Below are positions 27,460-36,541 of a DNA stretch of 64,000 bases, piece after piece. The stretch's first letter is position 1. Each line of letters starts with the position of its first letter. Position numbers and translations under genes: made by a program. The DNA is taken from assembly GCF_048571185.1 (NCBI RefSeq), contig NZ_CP182350.1, positions 63,480 through 127,479 of the forward strand, in the 5' to 3' direction. The stretch comes from Arcobacter sp. Its GTDB lineage: Bacteria > Campylobacterota > Campylobacteria > Campylobacterales > Arcobacteraceae. The notes under the pieces are model-generated. The model searched no databases. It was not told the DNA's origin and saw nothing but the letters and a program-made list of their open reading frames with translations.

Positions 27460-28040
27460 TCTAGGGTTAAAAGCTCTGGTTCATCTAAAAACTCACTTAC
27501 ATATCCAACTGTCAAATAAGCTATTAGTTTATGTTTTTTTTCTATATTTAAAATCTTTTTTACTCTTTTTGGTTTTAAAATACTCACCCAACCAACACCA
27601 ATATTGTAAGCTCGTGCCATAAGCCAAAAGTTTTGAATAGCACAAACTACACTATACTCACCCATCTTTTTTTGAGATGTTTGTCCCAATATTTCCTTAT
27701 CACTTTTTTCATATAAAACTGCGATATTTAGATATGATTCTTTTATACCTTCAAGTTTTAGTTTACTGTAGAGTTCTTTATCTTTAAAAATCTTTTTTGC
27801 TTTTTCATTCTCTTTTACAAAGTCTTGGTATATCTCGTCTCTTTTTTTACTGTTTTTTATTATTACAAATTTCCAAGGCTGAGAAAAACCTACTGATGGT
27901 GCATTTGAAGCAGCTTTTAATAGCTTGTCTAAGATTTCATCATCTATTTTTTTATCTAAAAACTTATTTCCTCTTACATCACGTCTAGCTTCTATAATAT
28001 CTTCTAAACATGTAATATCATCTGATGAAAACTCTTTCAT
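27417..28040 (-). CDS. bluB: 5,6-dimethylbenzimidazole synthase (nitroreductase fold)
   Basis: RRDVRGNKF, PSVGFSQPW and NIGVGWVSIL motifs are typical of BluB within the nitroreductase family. Confidence 0.8.
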   Translation of the reverse strand: MKEFSSDDITCLEDIIEARRDVRGNKFLDKKIDDEILDKLLKAASNAPSVGFSQPWKFVIIKNSKKRDEIYQDFVKENEKAKKIFKDKELYSKLKLEGIKESYLNIAVLYEKSDKEILGQTSQKKMGEYSVVCAIQNFWLMARAYNIGVGWVSILKPKRVKKILNIEKKHKLIAYLTVGYVSEFLDEPELLTLEWEKRKTLQDIKVI

Positions 28041-28105
28041 TAAACTTTTTTCCTCTTATTTGTTATATATAAATTTTATAGTACCATTGCATAAAAAGAG
28101 AACTT

Positions 28106-29131
28106 TTGAACTCAAACAATCAATTTAGTCATGGTGGAGATATCTTAACTTTTAGCAAAAAAATTGGCTCAAAACAAAAAGATATTATAGACCTATCTTC
28201 AAACATAAATTTTATAAAACTAAATATAAAAACAGACCTAAATAAACTAGATATTTCAAACTATCCAACATATGAAAAATTATATAAAATAATAGCAAAA
28301 AAATATAGTGTAAAAGCTGATGAAATAGAACTTTTCAACGGTGGAAGTAGTGCTATTTTTTCTTTTTTTAGATATCTTGATTTGAAGCATTGCACAATCT
28401 ACTCTCCAGCATATTTAGAGTACAAAAAAGCAGCACAAACTTTTGGATATCAAATTGATTTGATAAATAGATTTTATGATATAAAAAAAGAAGTAAAAAA
28501 AGACTCTTTAGTAATCTTTGTAAATCCTTCAACTCCTGATGGAGCACATTATGAGTTAGATGAACTATTTAATTCATGGATTGAAAAAAACTGTACTATT
28601 TTTATAGATGAAAGCTTCTTGGATTTCACAGATAAAAAATCAATGATAGATAGACTAAAAACCTATAAAAAACTCTATATATTAAAATCTATGACAAAAA
28701 TATATAGTAGTGCAAGTATAAGAGTTGGTACTATAATTTCAACTTCAAAAAACATAAAAAAACTAAAAGAGAAAGAGCCTTTATGGAAAATCTCTCATTT
28801 TGATTCTATATATTTAGAAAATGCAATAAAAGATAAGAGCTTTATAAATAAAACAATCAAAATAACAAATAAAAATAAGCACTACACAATCAAGCACTTA
28901 GAAAAGTTTGACTTTATAAAAAAGATATATAAAAGTAAAGCAAACTATCTATTATTCGAACTCAAAAATTATAAAGCAAAAACATTTCAAAAAAAACTAA
29001 TACCTTATAAAATCATGATAAGAGATTGTTCAAACTTTGATTTTCTAAATGATAGTTTTGTAAGGGTTGCCATAAAAGATAAAAAAGCCATGAAAAGCTT
29101 TATTGAAGCTTTGAAAAAAGAGTTTAAATAA
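28106..29131 (+). CDS. cobD: Threonine-phosphate decarboxylase (class I/II aminotransferase fold)
   Basis: N-terminal HGGD, PLP-lysine region KSMTKIYSSASIRVG. TTG start. Followed directly by cbiB. Confidence 0.75.
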   Translation: MNSNNQFSHGGDILTFSKKIGSKQKDIIDLSSNINFIKLNIKTDLNKLDISNYPTYEKLYKIIAKKYSVKADEIELFNGGSSAIFSFFRYLDLKHCTIYSPAYLEYKKAAQTFGYQIDLINRFYDIKKEVKKDSLVIFVNPSTPDGAHYELDELFNSWIEKNCTIFIDESFLDFTDKKSMIDRLKTYKKLYILKSMTKIYSSASIRVGTIISTSKNIKKLKEKEPLWKISHFDSIYLENAIKDKSFINKTIKITNKNKHYTIKHLEKFDFIKKIYKSKANYLLFELKNYKAKTFQKKLIPYKIMIRDCSNFDFLNDSFVRVAIKDKKAMKSFIEALKKEFK

Positions 29132-30015
29132 TGTATTTCACAACTGTTTTACTTGCTTATCTTATTGATTATATTTTTGCGGAGTTTGAGAAGGTAAAGT
29201 TTTTCAAACACCCTATTGTTTTTATGGGTGATTATATCAAATGGTTTGAGAAAAGTTTTTATCAAGACTCTGTTTCAAGGGGTTTTACTCTAACTATTTC
29301 TCTACTTAGTATAGTCTTTATAATCACATATTTTCTTAGTCTATTTGATAATATTTTAGTGCAAGGTTTTTTATGTTCATTTGCAATATCTTCTAAAATG
29401 CTTTATGATAGTGTAAAAGAAGTTGTTCATTCAAGTGATGCAAAACAAGCTATTTCTATGTTAGTGAGTAGAGATACAGAAAATATGAGTAATAGTGACA
29501 TAAACAAAGCTGCAATTGAAACCTATGCTGAAAATCTAAATGATGGAGTAATTGCTCCTATATTTTATATTTTGTTTTTTGGACTTATGGGAGCATTTAT
29601 TTATAAAGCAATAAATACTCTTGATTCTATGGTAGGTTATAGAAATAAAAAATATGAAAACTTTGGTAAGTTTTCAGCAAAACTTGATGATGTTGTAAAT
29701 TATATACCATCACGAATAACAGCTGTTTTGATAGCTTTGTTTTTTAATTCTTTTAAGGCTTTAAATAACTTCTACTCATATGGTAAAAAACATGAAAGTC
29801 CAAATGCAGGTCATCCTATTTCAGCTATGGCATTAGCTTTAGAAATAAAACTTGGAGGGCCAACTTCTTATTTTGGTAAGATAAAAAAGAAGGCATATTT
29901 TGGTGAGGGAAGAGAAGAAATATTAAAAGAGGATATTTTAAAAGCACTTAATTTTAAATCAAAACTTGATTCACTACTTTTACTTATGGCAATAATCTTC
30001 TTTTTATTAGTTTAA
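29131..30015 (+). CDS. cbiB: Adenosylcobinamide-phosphate synthase
   Basis: Membrane protein with HPIVFMGDYIKWFE, YAENLNDGVIAPIFY and DSMVGYRN motifs. The ATG overlaps the cobD stop. Confidence 0.85.
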   Translation: MYFTTVLLAYLIDYIFAEFEKVKFFKHPIVFMGDYIKWFEKSFYQDSVSRGFTLTISLLSIVFIITYFLSLFDNILVQGFLCSFAISSKMLYDSVKEVVHSSDAKQAISMLVSRDTENMSNSDINKAAIETYAENLNDGVIAPIFYILFFGLMGAFIYKAINTLDSMVGYRNKKYENFGKFSAKLDDVVNYIPSRITAVLIALFFNSFKALNNFYSYGKKHESPNAGHPISAMALALEIKLGGPTSYFGKIKKKAYFGEGREEILKEDILKALNFKSKLDSLLLLMAIIFFLLV

Positions 30016-30018
30016 AAA

Positions 30019-30984
30019 TTAATCTTCTCTTCTTTTGTTTCTTTTTACCAACAAGTATACAAAAAATGGAGCTCCAATAAAGGCTGTAACTACACCAATT
30101 GGTAAGTTTGATGCTGTATTTAAATTTCTTGCAATAAGATCAGATGCTACTAAAAAAACTCCTCCATAAAAAAACACTGGAAAAATAAGTTTATCTGCAC
30201 TTTTTTTATAAATAAGCTTTATTATATGTGGAATAACTAAACCTACAAAACCAATTGGTCCTACAAAACTTATACTTATTCCTACTGCTAAAGATATAAC
30301 TATAAGCAAAAGAAGATTTAGCTTATGAACATTGAGCCCTTTTAAAAAAGCTGTATCATTTGAGATAAGTAAAAGTTTGATTTTAGCCCTATTTGAATAA
30401 ATAACAAAATACATAATCAAACTTACTATTACTAAAATAATAACACTAGAAAATCCAACTGTATCTAAGCTTCCTAACGTAAATCTAACTATTGAGTAAT
30501 TTTGTTCAAGATTACTCATATAAAAAACCAACATCAAAGCAGAAGAATAAAAATATGATAATGCAATACCTATGAGTAAAATAGAGTTTGTAGAGACTGC
30601 TATAGTGTTTTTATTTATATTTTTAGAAATAAAATATAAAATTGTAATAGTTAAAAGAGAGCCAAAAGCTGATGAAATAGACAGAATAACAGCAGGGAAA
30701 AAGACAATAGAAATAGCAGTAAAAAGTGTAGTTCCACTTGCTATTCCTAGGGTATATGGAGTAATAAGTGAGTTTTTAAATATTATTTGAAAAACCAAAC
30801 CACCTAAAGCCAATATTCCACCCACAAAAAACGCCAATAAAACCCTAGAAACTCTTAAGTCCCAAAAAACTTGATAACTTATTGTAGTAGTATTAAATAT
30901 ATCATTAATATTTAATTTTATCTCTCCTAAAAATGGAGCTATAATTAAAATAATTATTGCTATTAAATAAAGTAGTTTTTTCAT
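30019..30984 (-). CDS. FecCD-family ABC permease (BtuC-like corrinoid/iron-chelate importer)
   Basis: 321 aa polytopic protein with a typical FecCD C-terminus (LPIGVVTAFIGAPFFVYLL). Confidence 0.8.
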   Translation of the reverse strand: MKKLLYLIAIIILIIAPFLGEIKLNINDIFNTTTISYQVFWDLRVSRVLLAFFVGGILALGGLVFQIIFKNSLITPYTLGIASGTTLFTAISIVFFPAVILSISSAFGSLLTITILYFISKNINKNTIAVSTNSILLIGIALSYFYSSALMLVFYMSNLEQNYSIVRFTLGSLDTVGFSSVIILVIVSLIMYFVIYSNRAKIKLLLISNDTAFLKGLNVHKLNLLLLIVISLAVGISISFVGPIGFVGLVIPHIIKLIYKKSADKLIFPVFFYGGVFLVASDLIARNLNTASNLPIGVVTAFIGAPFFVYLLVKRNKRRED

Positions 30985-31679
30985 AGATTTACTACCAAAT
31001 GTTCATTTACTTTTATGATTGAGTTGTTATAAAACCTTTTTAGATTTTCACTTGAAAAAAACTTCTCACTTTCACCATAAAATTCTATCTTGCCATCATT
31101 CATATATAAAATCTTGTATTTTAAAGCATAGGCTAAATCAAGATTGTGAGTTATGATAATTTTTTGTTTTAAAAAATCTGATTTAAAGATATCAAAAACC
31201 TCTTTTATTCTACTTATGTCTAAGTTTGCAGTTAGTTCATCAAAAATTGTAATATCAGCATTGTGCATGATACTAGAACCCAATAAAAGTAGTTGTTTCT
31301 CTCCTGAACTAAAAGTTATACAGTGTTTATTTTCTAGTCTTTTTAAGTTTAATAGCTCTATTGTCTTTTGAATTTTTTCATTATCCACATAATCTATACA
31401 AGAAAGCTCAAAAAACTCTCTTAAAGTAATATACTCATCAAATACCTCAAACTTTGGTGGTATATAGTTTATAAAAGAGGCTCTTTGTTTATCGCTTATA
31501 TCTTTTATATTTTGATTAAATATTTTTACACTATTATTTTCTATTAGGTTAGATAAAACTTTTGCTAGAGTTGATTTACCGGCACCATTATGTCCCAATA
31601 TTACAAGGTTTTCATCTTCTTTTAGAGTAAAAGTTATATCATTTAAAATTGAACTTGTGTAATTATTTATCTCTAACAT
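30981..31679 (-). CDS. ABC transporter ATP-binding protein (BtuD/FepC-like)
   Basis: Walker A GHNGAGKST, signature FSSGEKQ, Walker B ITIFDE. Confidence 0.85.
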   Translation of the reverse strand: MLEINNYTSSILNDITFTLKEDENLVILGHNGAGKSTLAKVLSNLIENNSVKIFNQNIKDISDKQRASFINYIPPKFEVFDEYITLREFFELSCIDYVDNEKIQKTIELLNLKRLENKHCITFSSGEKQLLLLGSSIMHNADITIFDELTANLDISRIKEVFDIFKSDFLKQKIIITHNLDLAYALKYKILYMNDGKIEFYGESEKFFSSENLKRFYNNSIIKVNEHLVVNL

Positions 31680-32490
31680 TTTCTAATATCTTTTTAAAAT
31701 CTTTTATAAAATAAACAACTCTATTACTAGGTATCCCTGCATAATCTTTATTTATCGCATAAATATTTTTATTTTTACTTGCATTTATAGGGAGGTTTTC
31801 CCATGCACCAATTACTTTTTTCAACTCTTCATCTTTGTATTCAAAAAAAGCAGCCAATAAAATAATAATATCAGGGTTCATCTTTATTATTTTTTCTGTA
31901 TTTACAACAGGCTGAGCTTTACTTTTTGATTGAAAAGCATTTTTATTTCCACTAGCTTTTATAATATCTTCAAAATATAAATAATTTCCTGAGACAAAAA
32001 TTTGATTTGAAAGTGTCTCTTTTGGACTTATTACTATTAAGATTTTCTTATTAATTGTAATATTTTCAACTGATAATAAAGCATTATCAATAGAATCACT
32101 TATCTCTTTTGCTTTTTGTTCTTTTTTAAAGTAATCACCCAGTTTATTTATTGTAAATTTTATATCATTTATACTATCTGTTTTAAAAACTAGAGTTTTT
32201 ATATTTAGAGCTTCAAGATTCTTGAGTAGTTTTTCATCATAGTTTTGAGCAATTGTAACAGTTGGTTTAACTGCTAAAATTTTTTCTAAAGAAGTATTTG
32301 CATAACCACCTACTTTTTTTACCTTTTTAGACTCTTCAGGATAATCACAAAACTTTGTATTGGCAAGAACATTTTTTCCCATACCTAAGGCATATACAAT
32401 CTCATTGACAGAAGGAGAGAGCGTAACAATACGCTCTTCTGCTAAAAGATTAGTAAAAATTAGTAATACAATTAATATAGCTTTTTTCAT
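31663..32490 (-). CDS. Periplasmic substrate-binding protein (BtuF-like, class 8)
   Basis: Signal peptide, RIVTLSPSVNEIVYALG, about 275 aa. Lies between btuB and the ABC components. Confidence 0.75.
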   Translation of the reverse strand: MKKAILIVLLIFTNLLAEERIVTLSPSVNEIVYALGMGKNVLANTKFCDYPEESKKVKKVGGYANTSLEKILAVKPTVTIAQNYDEKLLKNLEALNIKTLVFKTDSINDIKFTINKLGDYFKKEQKAKEISDSIDNALLSVENITINKKILIVISPKETLSNQIFVSGNYLYFEDIIKASGNKNAFQSKSKAQPVVNTEKIIKMNPDIIILLAAFFEYKDEELKKVIGAWENLPINASKNKNIYAINKDYAGIPSNRVVYFIKDFKKILENVRDK

Positions 32491-32491
32491 A

Positions 32492-34306
32492 TTAGAATTT
32501 ATAGTTCACTCCTAGATATGCACTTCGACCAGCTGTTGCATAACCATCAATTTTTTGATAGTATTTATTTGTAATATTATCAATTCTCACATATAGTTTT
32601 GTATTTTTATTTAGCTCATAATTAGCTACACTATTCCATAAAACATATCTACCTGTTTGTCTTCCAGCTTTATCAGCTGAATTATACCTAGTTCCAACAT
32701 ACTCATTATTTAAATTAATATGAAAATCTTTTATTCCATAATAATCAAATGATGTTTTTAATGTTTGAATAGGTCTTCTAGCTAAATACTTATCATCTTC
32801 ATCTTTAGCACTCAATCTAGTATAATTAAAAGTGAATAAAGTATTTTCTTCTATTAACTTACTATACTCTAATTCAAACCCCTTAAAAATAGATTCTCCT
32901 TTTACATTTTGATATCCTCCTCCTGACCAATCAATTAAATTGTCAATTTTAGATTCAAAGAAACTTAAAGAAAAATCTTTATATTTAATACCTATATCAA
33001 AACTTTTTGTCTCTTCTGGCTCTAAATCTGGATTTGTTGTACCCCAAGGATTTAATTCTTTTACAATATTGGGTACATTGTATGCTGTTCCAATATTTGT
33101 TTTAAACTCTAAATCTTGGTTAAAACTATATTTTAATCCGACTTTTCCCGTGAATTTATTATCAAAATTATCATATCTATCATATCTTAAACTTTGAGTA
33201 AAAATAGTATTTGTAAATTTATTAGAATTTGTTAAATAAAGGTATTTATCTTTACTCTCTTTTTGATTTGTAGTGTTATCTGCTTTTATATAATTAACAT
33301 CGTCAATACTTGAACCAATACCTACAATTAAAAAATCACTATTTAAATATTTGTATTCATCACTTAGTTCAATATTTTGTGTTTCACCAGAAAATTTTAG
33401 CACTCCTGATGTAGTTCCTATTTCATGTCTTTTAAACTTACTTAATTCATATTTTAGTTTTATATTTTGATTTTTTATTTCTTGTGAATATGAAGTACTA
33501 TATATTGTTGTATCTATATCACTTTTCATTGTAGTATCGTTAGCTGAACTACTATCATACTCTACTAAACCATCAATATCTTTAATATCAAAAGTCAATT
33601 TACTATTATCTGTAATATACATATTAGTATTTAAAGACAATGTTCTATTTTCATATCCATCTTTTTCATAGTCTTTTACTCTATTACCGTATGTTAATTT
33701 GTTTGTAAAACCATCAGTTGTAATTTTATTTGCACTAAATTTTATATCAAACTTTTTTGTACCATGTGAAATAGTAGCACCATACTTTTTTGTATTATAA
33801 CTTCCAAATTCTAAGTTTGCATTCCCGCTAGTTCCTAAAGTTGCTTTTTTTGTTATTATATTTATAACTCCTGCTGCAGCATCTGCACCCCAAACACCAC
33901 TTTGTGCACCTTTTATCACTTCTATTCGTTCAATATCATTTATCATTAAATGGGATAGATTTGCACCACTTGTATTTGATGGGTCTTGATATCTAATACC
34001 ATCAACCAATACTAAAATTCTTGAATTAGACATTCCTCTTAAATATATTGATGAAGTTGAACCTAAGCCTCCATTTGAAACTATTGATAAACCAGGAAAA
34101 CTGTTTAATGCTTCATTTACACTTGTATAATGTCTCTCTTCAATCTCTTCTTTAGTAATAACTTCAACATTTGAAGTAACATCTTTTATTGATTGTTCTG
34201 ATTTTGTAGCACTTACGACTGTGATTTCTGATAATTGTTGTGAATAAAGGTTTGATGTTGCTAATAGAAAGCTTGCAACTAAGCTTGTGGTTATTTTTTT
34301 GTTCAT
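32492..34306 (-). CDS. btuB: TonB-dependent outer-membrane receptor, probable corrinoid receptor
   Basis: Signal peptide, TonB-box-like EITVVSAT, plug-domain motifs, C-terminal aromatic terminus GVNYKF. First gene of the btu operon inside the cob island. Confidence 0.75.
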   Translation of the reverse strand: MNKKITTSLVASFLLATSNLYSQQLSEITVVSATKSEQSIKDVTSNVEVITKEEIEERHYTSVNEALNSFPGLSIVSNGGLGSTSSIYLRGMSNSRILVLVDGIRYQDPSNTSGANLSHLMINDIERIEVIKGAQSGVWGADAAAGVINIITKKATLGTSGNANLEFGSYNTKKYGATISHGTKKFDIKFSANKITTDGFTNKLTYGNRVKDYEKDGYENRTLSLNTNMYITDNSKLTFDIKDIDGLVEYDSSSANDTTMKSDIDTTIYSTSYSQEIKNQNIKLKYELSKFKRHEIGTTSGVLKFSGETQNIELSDEYKYLNSDFLIVGIGSSIDDVNYIKADNTTNQKESKDKYLYLTNSNKFTNTIFTQSLRYDRYDNFDNKFTGKVGLKYSFNQDLEFKTNIGTAYNVPNIVKELNPWGTTNPDLEPEETKSFDIGIKYKDFSLSFFESKIDNLIDWSGGGYQNVKGESIFKGFELEYSKLIEENTLFTFNYTRLSAKDEDDKYLARRPIQTLKTSFDYYGIKDFHINLNNEYVGTRYNSADKAGRQTGRYVLWNSVANYELNKNTKLYVRIDNITNKYYQKIDGYATAGRSAYLGVNYKF

Positions 34307-34329
34307 TTTTTATTTATCCTAATTTTATT

Positions 34330-34525
34330 TTATTTGTTGAATTTAGTTTTGCAGGTTTTAACTGTCTTGATATAAGTATATTTACTATTTTGGGTACTTG
34401 CGTAGATAATAATGTTTCAATCAGACTATTAATAGATGATGTTTTTCTATCAGCAGTTGCAGCTAACATTCCAAAAAGTGTGAAGTATTTTTTACTTTTA
34501 CTAATCATTGATTCTCCTTTCTTTA
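34330..34525 (-). promoter_or_regulatory. Candidate cobalamin riboswitch in the btuB leader
   Basis: The roughly 200-nt leader on the minus strand contains GGAAUGUUAGCUGCAACUGCUGAUAG (resembles the conserved GCxGC..CGCAACUGU core). It also contains UCAAGACAGUUAAAACCUGC (a degenerate B12-box-like ...AGAC...ACCUGC) about 40 nt before the btuB RBS. The match is partial and by eye only. Confidence 0.4.
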
Positions 34526-34624
34526 GATTTTAATTCGCGTATTATATTCAAAAAAATATAAATGTTTTATTTCAAGCTAGATTAAAGCTATTTAAATACA
34601 ATACGGCACTTTAAAGGAGATACT

Positions 34625-35044
34625 TTGACTTATAATGAATGGTTTGATAAACATGCCACTAGACATCAAAATATCATGGAAAAACTAAAAGACTTAAGTG
34701 ATGAAGAAGTTATAAAATATTTTAGATTTGACAATATGGTTAAAAATGAACCTGACTTTTGTCCACTTTATAAAGACAATAAAAAATGTCATGATTATGA
34801 AGGGTTAAACTGCTATTTATGCGCCTGTCCTAATTTTAGATTTGATGATAATGGATTTAAAAAAGTAGAAGATAAAACTCTATACTCATACTGCAATATA
34901 GATAGTAAAGATGGTGCACAATATGAAGGTGATGACTATATTCACCAAAACTGTGCAGGATGTTTAGTTCCACATAAAGAGCCCTATATAAAAAAACACT
35001 TTTTAAGAGATTGGAAAGAGATTATGAAAGATGTGAGGTCTTAA
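34625..35044 (+). CDS. Cysteine-rich small-domain protein (zf-like domain seen fused to corrin methyltransferases in archaea)
   Basis: TTG start with AAAGGAGA 6 nt upstream. Motif FCPLYKDNKKCHDYEGLNCYLCACPNF...NCAGCLVPH matches my memory of the Cys-rich small domain (CxxxxxxCH...C.FC.CP..). Divergent from the btuB leader. Confidence 0.55.
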   Translation: MTYNEWFDKHATRHQNIMEKLKDLSDEEVIKYFRFDNMVKNEPDFCPLYKDNKKCHDYEGLNCYLCACPNFRFDDNGFKKVEDKTLYSYCNIDSKDGAQYEGDDYIHQNCAGCLVPHKEPYIKKHFLRDWKEIMKDVRS

Positions 35045-35055
35045 AATAAAAAAGC

Positions 35056-35079
35056 CCTACTTCTGGTGTTTGAAGTAGG
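35056..35079 (+). terminator. Candidate terminator hairpin
   Basis: CCTACTTC-TGGTGTTT-GAAGTAGG (8-bp stem, 8-nt loop) 12 nt after the stop codon. The downstream T-tail is weak (ACTTATT). Confidence 0.45.
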
Positions 35080-35202
35080 ACTTATTAGGGTGGTACGTTA
35101 TTCTTTTGTATAAAATAGTAGGAGAAATACAAAATCTGTAAGGAAATTGTAGCAATTGTGTGTTAATCAATTGTTAATTAAAAAATTTAATTTGGAGAAT
35201 TT

Positions 35203-35826
35203 ATGAAACTTATAATGTTTGATATGGATGGAACATTAATCAATAGTGGTAGCATGATTGCAAATACAATCAACTATGTTAGAGGAAACCTAGGCTTTGA
35301 ACTTTTAGAAAAAAATATTATCCTAGAAAAAGTAAATGATCCAAATATCAGCTCATCAGAATTTTTTTATGGGACAAAACATTTTACTGAAGAACAAGGT
35401 AAACTTTTTGAAACCTACTACTATGAAAACTGTTTAACTGACTTGGAGATTTATGATGGCATAAAAGAGTTACTTGAAGATTTAAAAAGTGACTATATAT
35501 TTACAGTTGCTACAAATGCCAACAGTGAATTTGCAAATAGAATGCTAAACCACTTAGAACTTGGAAATTATTTTAAAACAATTGTTGGATATAACGATGT
35601 TTTAAAACCAAAACCCCATCCAGAAATGGTTTATAAAATACTTGAAGATATTAATACTACAAAAGAGAAGTCCCTTTTAGTAGGAGATAGTCATAAAGAT
35701 ATTCAAGCAGCAAAAAGTGCAGGAGTTGATTCTATTTTAGTAAACTGGGGTTTTTCAAATCATAAAGAAAATGCAATTGAGACAATAAAAGAGTTAGAAG
35801 ATAAAATATTTAAAAAGTTCAATTAA
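35203..35826 (+). CDS. HAD-superfamily hydrolase (phosphoglycolate-phosphatase-like)
   Basis: FDMDGTLINS motif I, TNANSE motif II region, GDSHKDIQAAKSAG motif III/IV. Confidence 0.75.
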   Translation: MKLIMFDMDGTLINSGSMIANTINYVRGNLGFELLEKNIILEKVNDPNISSSEFFYGTKHFTEEQGKLFETYYYENCLTDLEIYDGIKELLEDLKSDYIFTVATNANSEFANRMLNHLELGNYFKTIVGYNDVLKPKPHPEMVYKILEDINTTKEKSLLVGDSHKDIQAAKSAGVDSILVNWGFSNHKENAIETIKELEDKIFKKFN

Positions 35827-36508
35827 CCCTTATAATTTTATAATCACCCTCTTTTAAATCCTCAACAGTATAGCCATCAAAGCTAACTCTATGAAGTTTC
35901 ACAACTCTATTTCCAACAGCTGCAAACATTCTTTTTACTTGATGATATTTACCTTCAAATATCTCTAGCCTAACTTTTGTAGGTGATATTATTTCAAGTT
36001 TAGCAGGTAATAATGGCTTTTTTTCTCCATTTAAAAGAAGTTCTCCACTTGCAAATATATCTTCTTCATCACCTTTTAAAGGCACTTTCAAATCTACTTC
36101 ATAAACTTTTGAAATATCTTTTTTAGGATTTGTCAATCTATGATTTAAAACTCCATCATCAGTTATTAGTATAGCACCAGTAGTATCCACATCAAGTCTA
36201 CCTATCGTTGATATCTTTGGTTTCCTTTGGTTCCATCTTTGTGGGAGAAGAGAATAAATCAATACTCCAGCATCATTATGTGAACAAATCACACCAGCAG
36301 GTTTGTTTAAAAGAATTGTAAAGCTTTCTGGGTCAAGAATTTTTTCATTGATTTTAATTTCATCATGATATGCTTTTATAGATGGATTATATATTCTTTC
36401 TTTGTTTACAGTAAGTTCATTCATTTTTAAAAATTTCTTAGCATCACTTCTTGTACAATAACCCAAACTAGAAAGATGTGCATCAACTCTTTTATAACTA
36501 TTTTTCAT
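35819..36508 (-). CDS. rsuA: Pseudouridine synthase, RsuA family (S4 domain plus catalytic GRLD)
   Basis: N-terminal S4-like RVDAHLSSLGYCTRSDAKKFL and catalytic GRLDVDTTGAILITDDG. Confidence 0.75.
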   Translation of the reverse strand: MKNSYKRVDAHLSSLGYCTRSDAKKFLKMNELTVNKERIYNPSIKAYHDEIKINEKILDPESFTILLNKPAGVICSHNDAGVLIYSLLPQRWNQRKPKISTIGRLDVDTTGAILITDDGVLNHRLTNPKKDISKVYEVDLKVPLKGDEEDIFASGELLLNGEKKPLLPAKLEIISPTKVRLEIFEGKYHQVKRMFAAVGNRVVKLHRVSFDGYTVEDLKEGDYKIIRVN

Positions 36509-36541
36509 AAATGAATGATAACATTGTTTTTATTAATAAGC

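Noticed and set aside
34314-34508. 64-aa ORF from the track, considered as an ordinary protein gene.
   Set aside because: It lies entirely within the btuB 5' leader, where a cobalamin riboswitch is expected, and its product has no recognisable features. I kept it only as an alternative hypothesis (leader peptide) in the findings, not as a CDS call.
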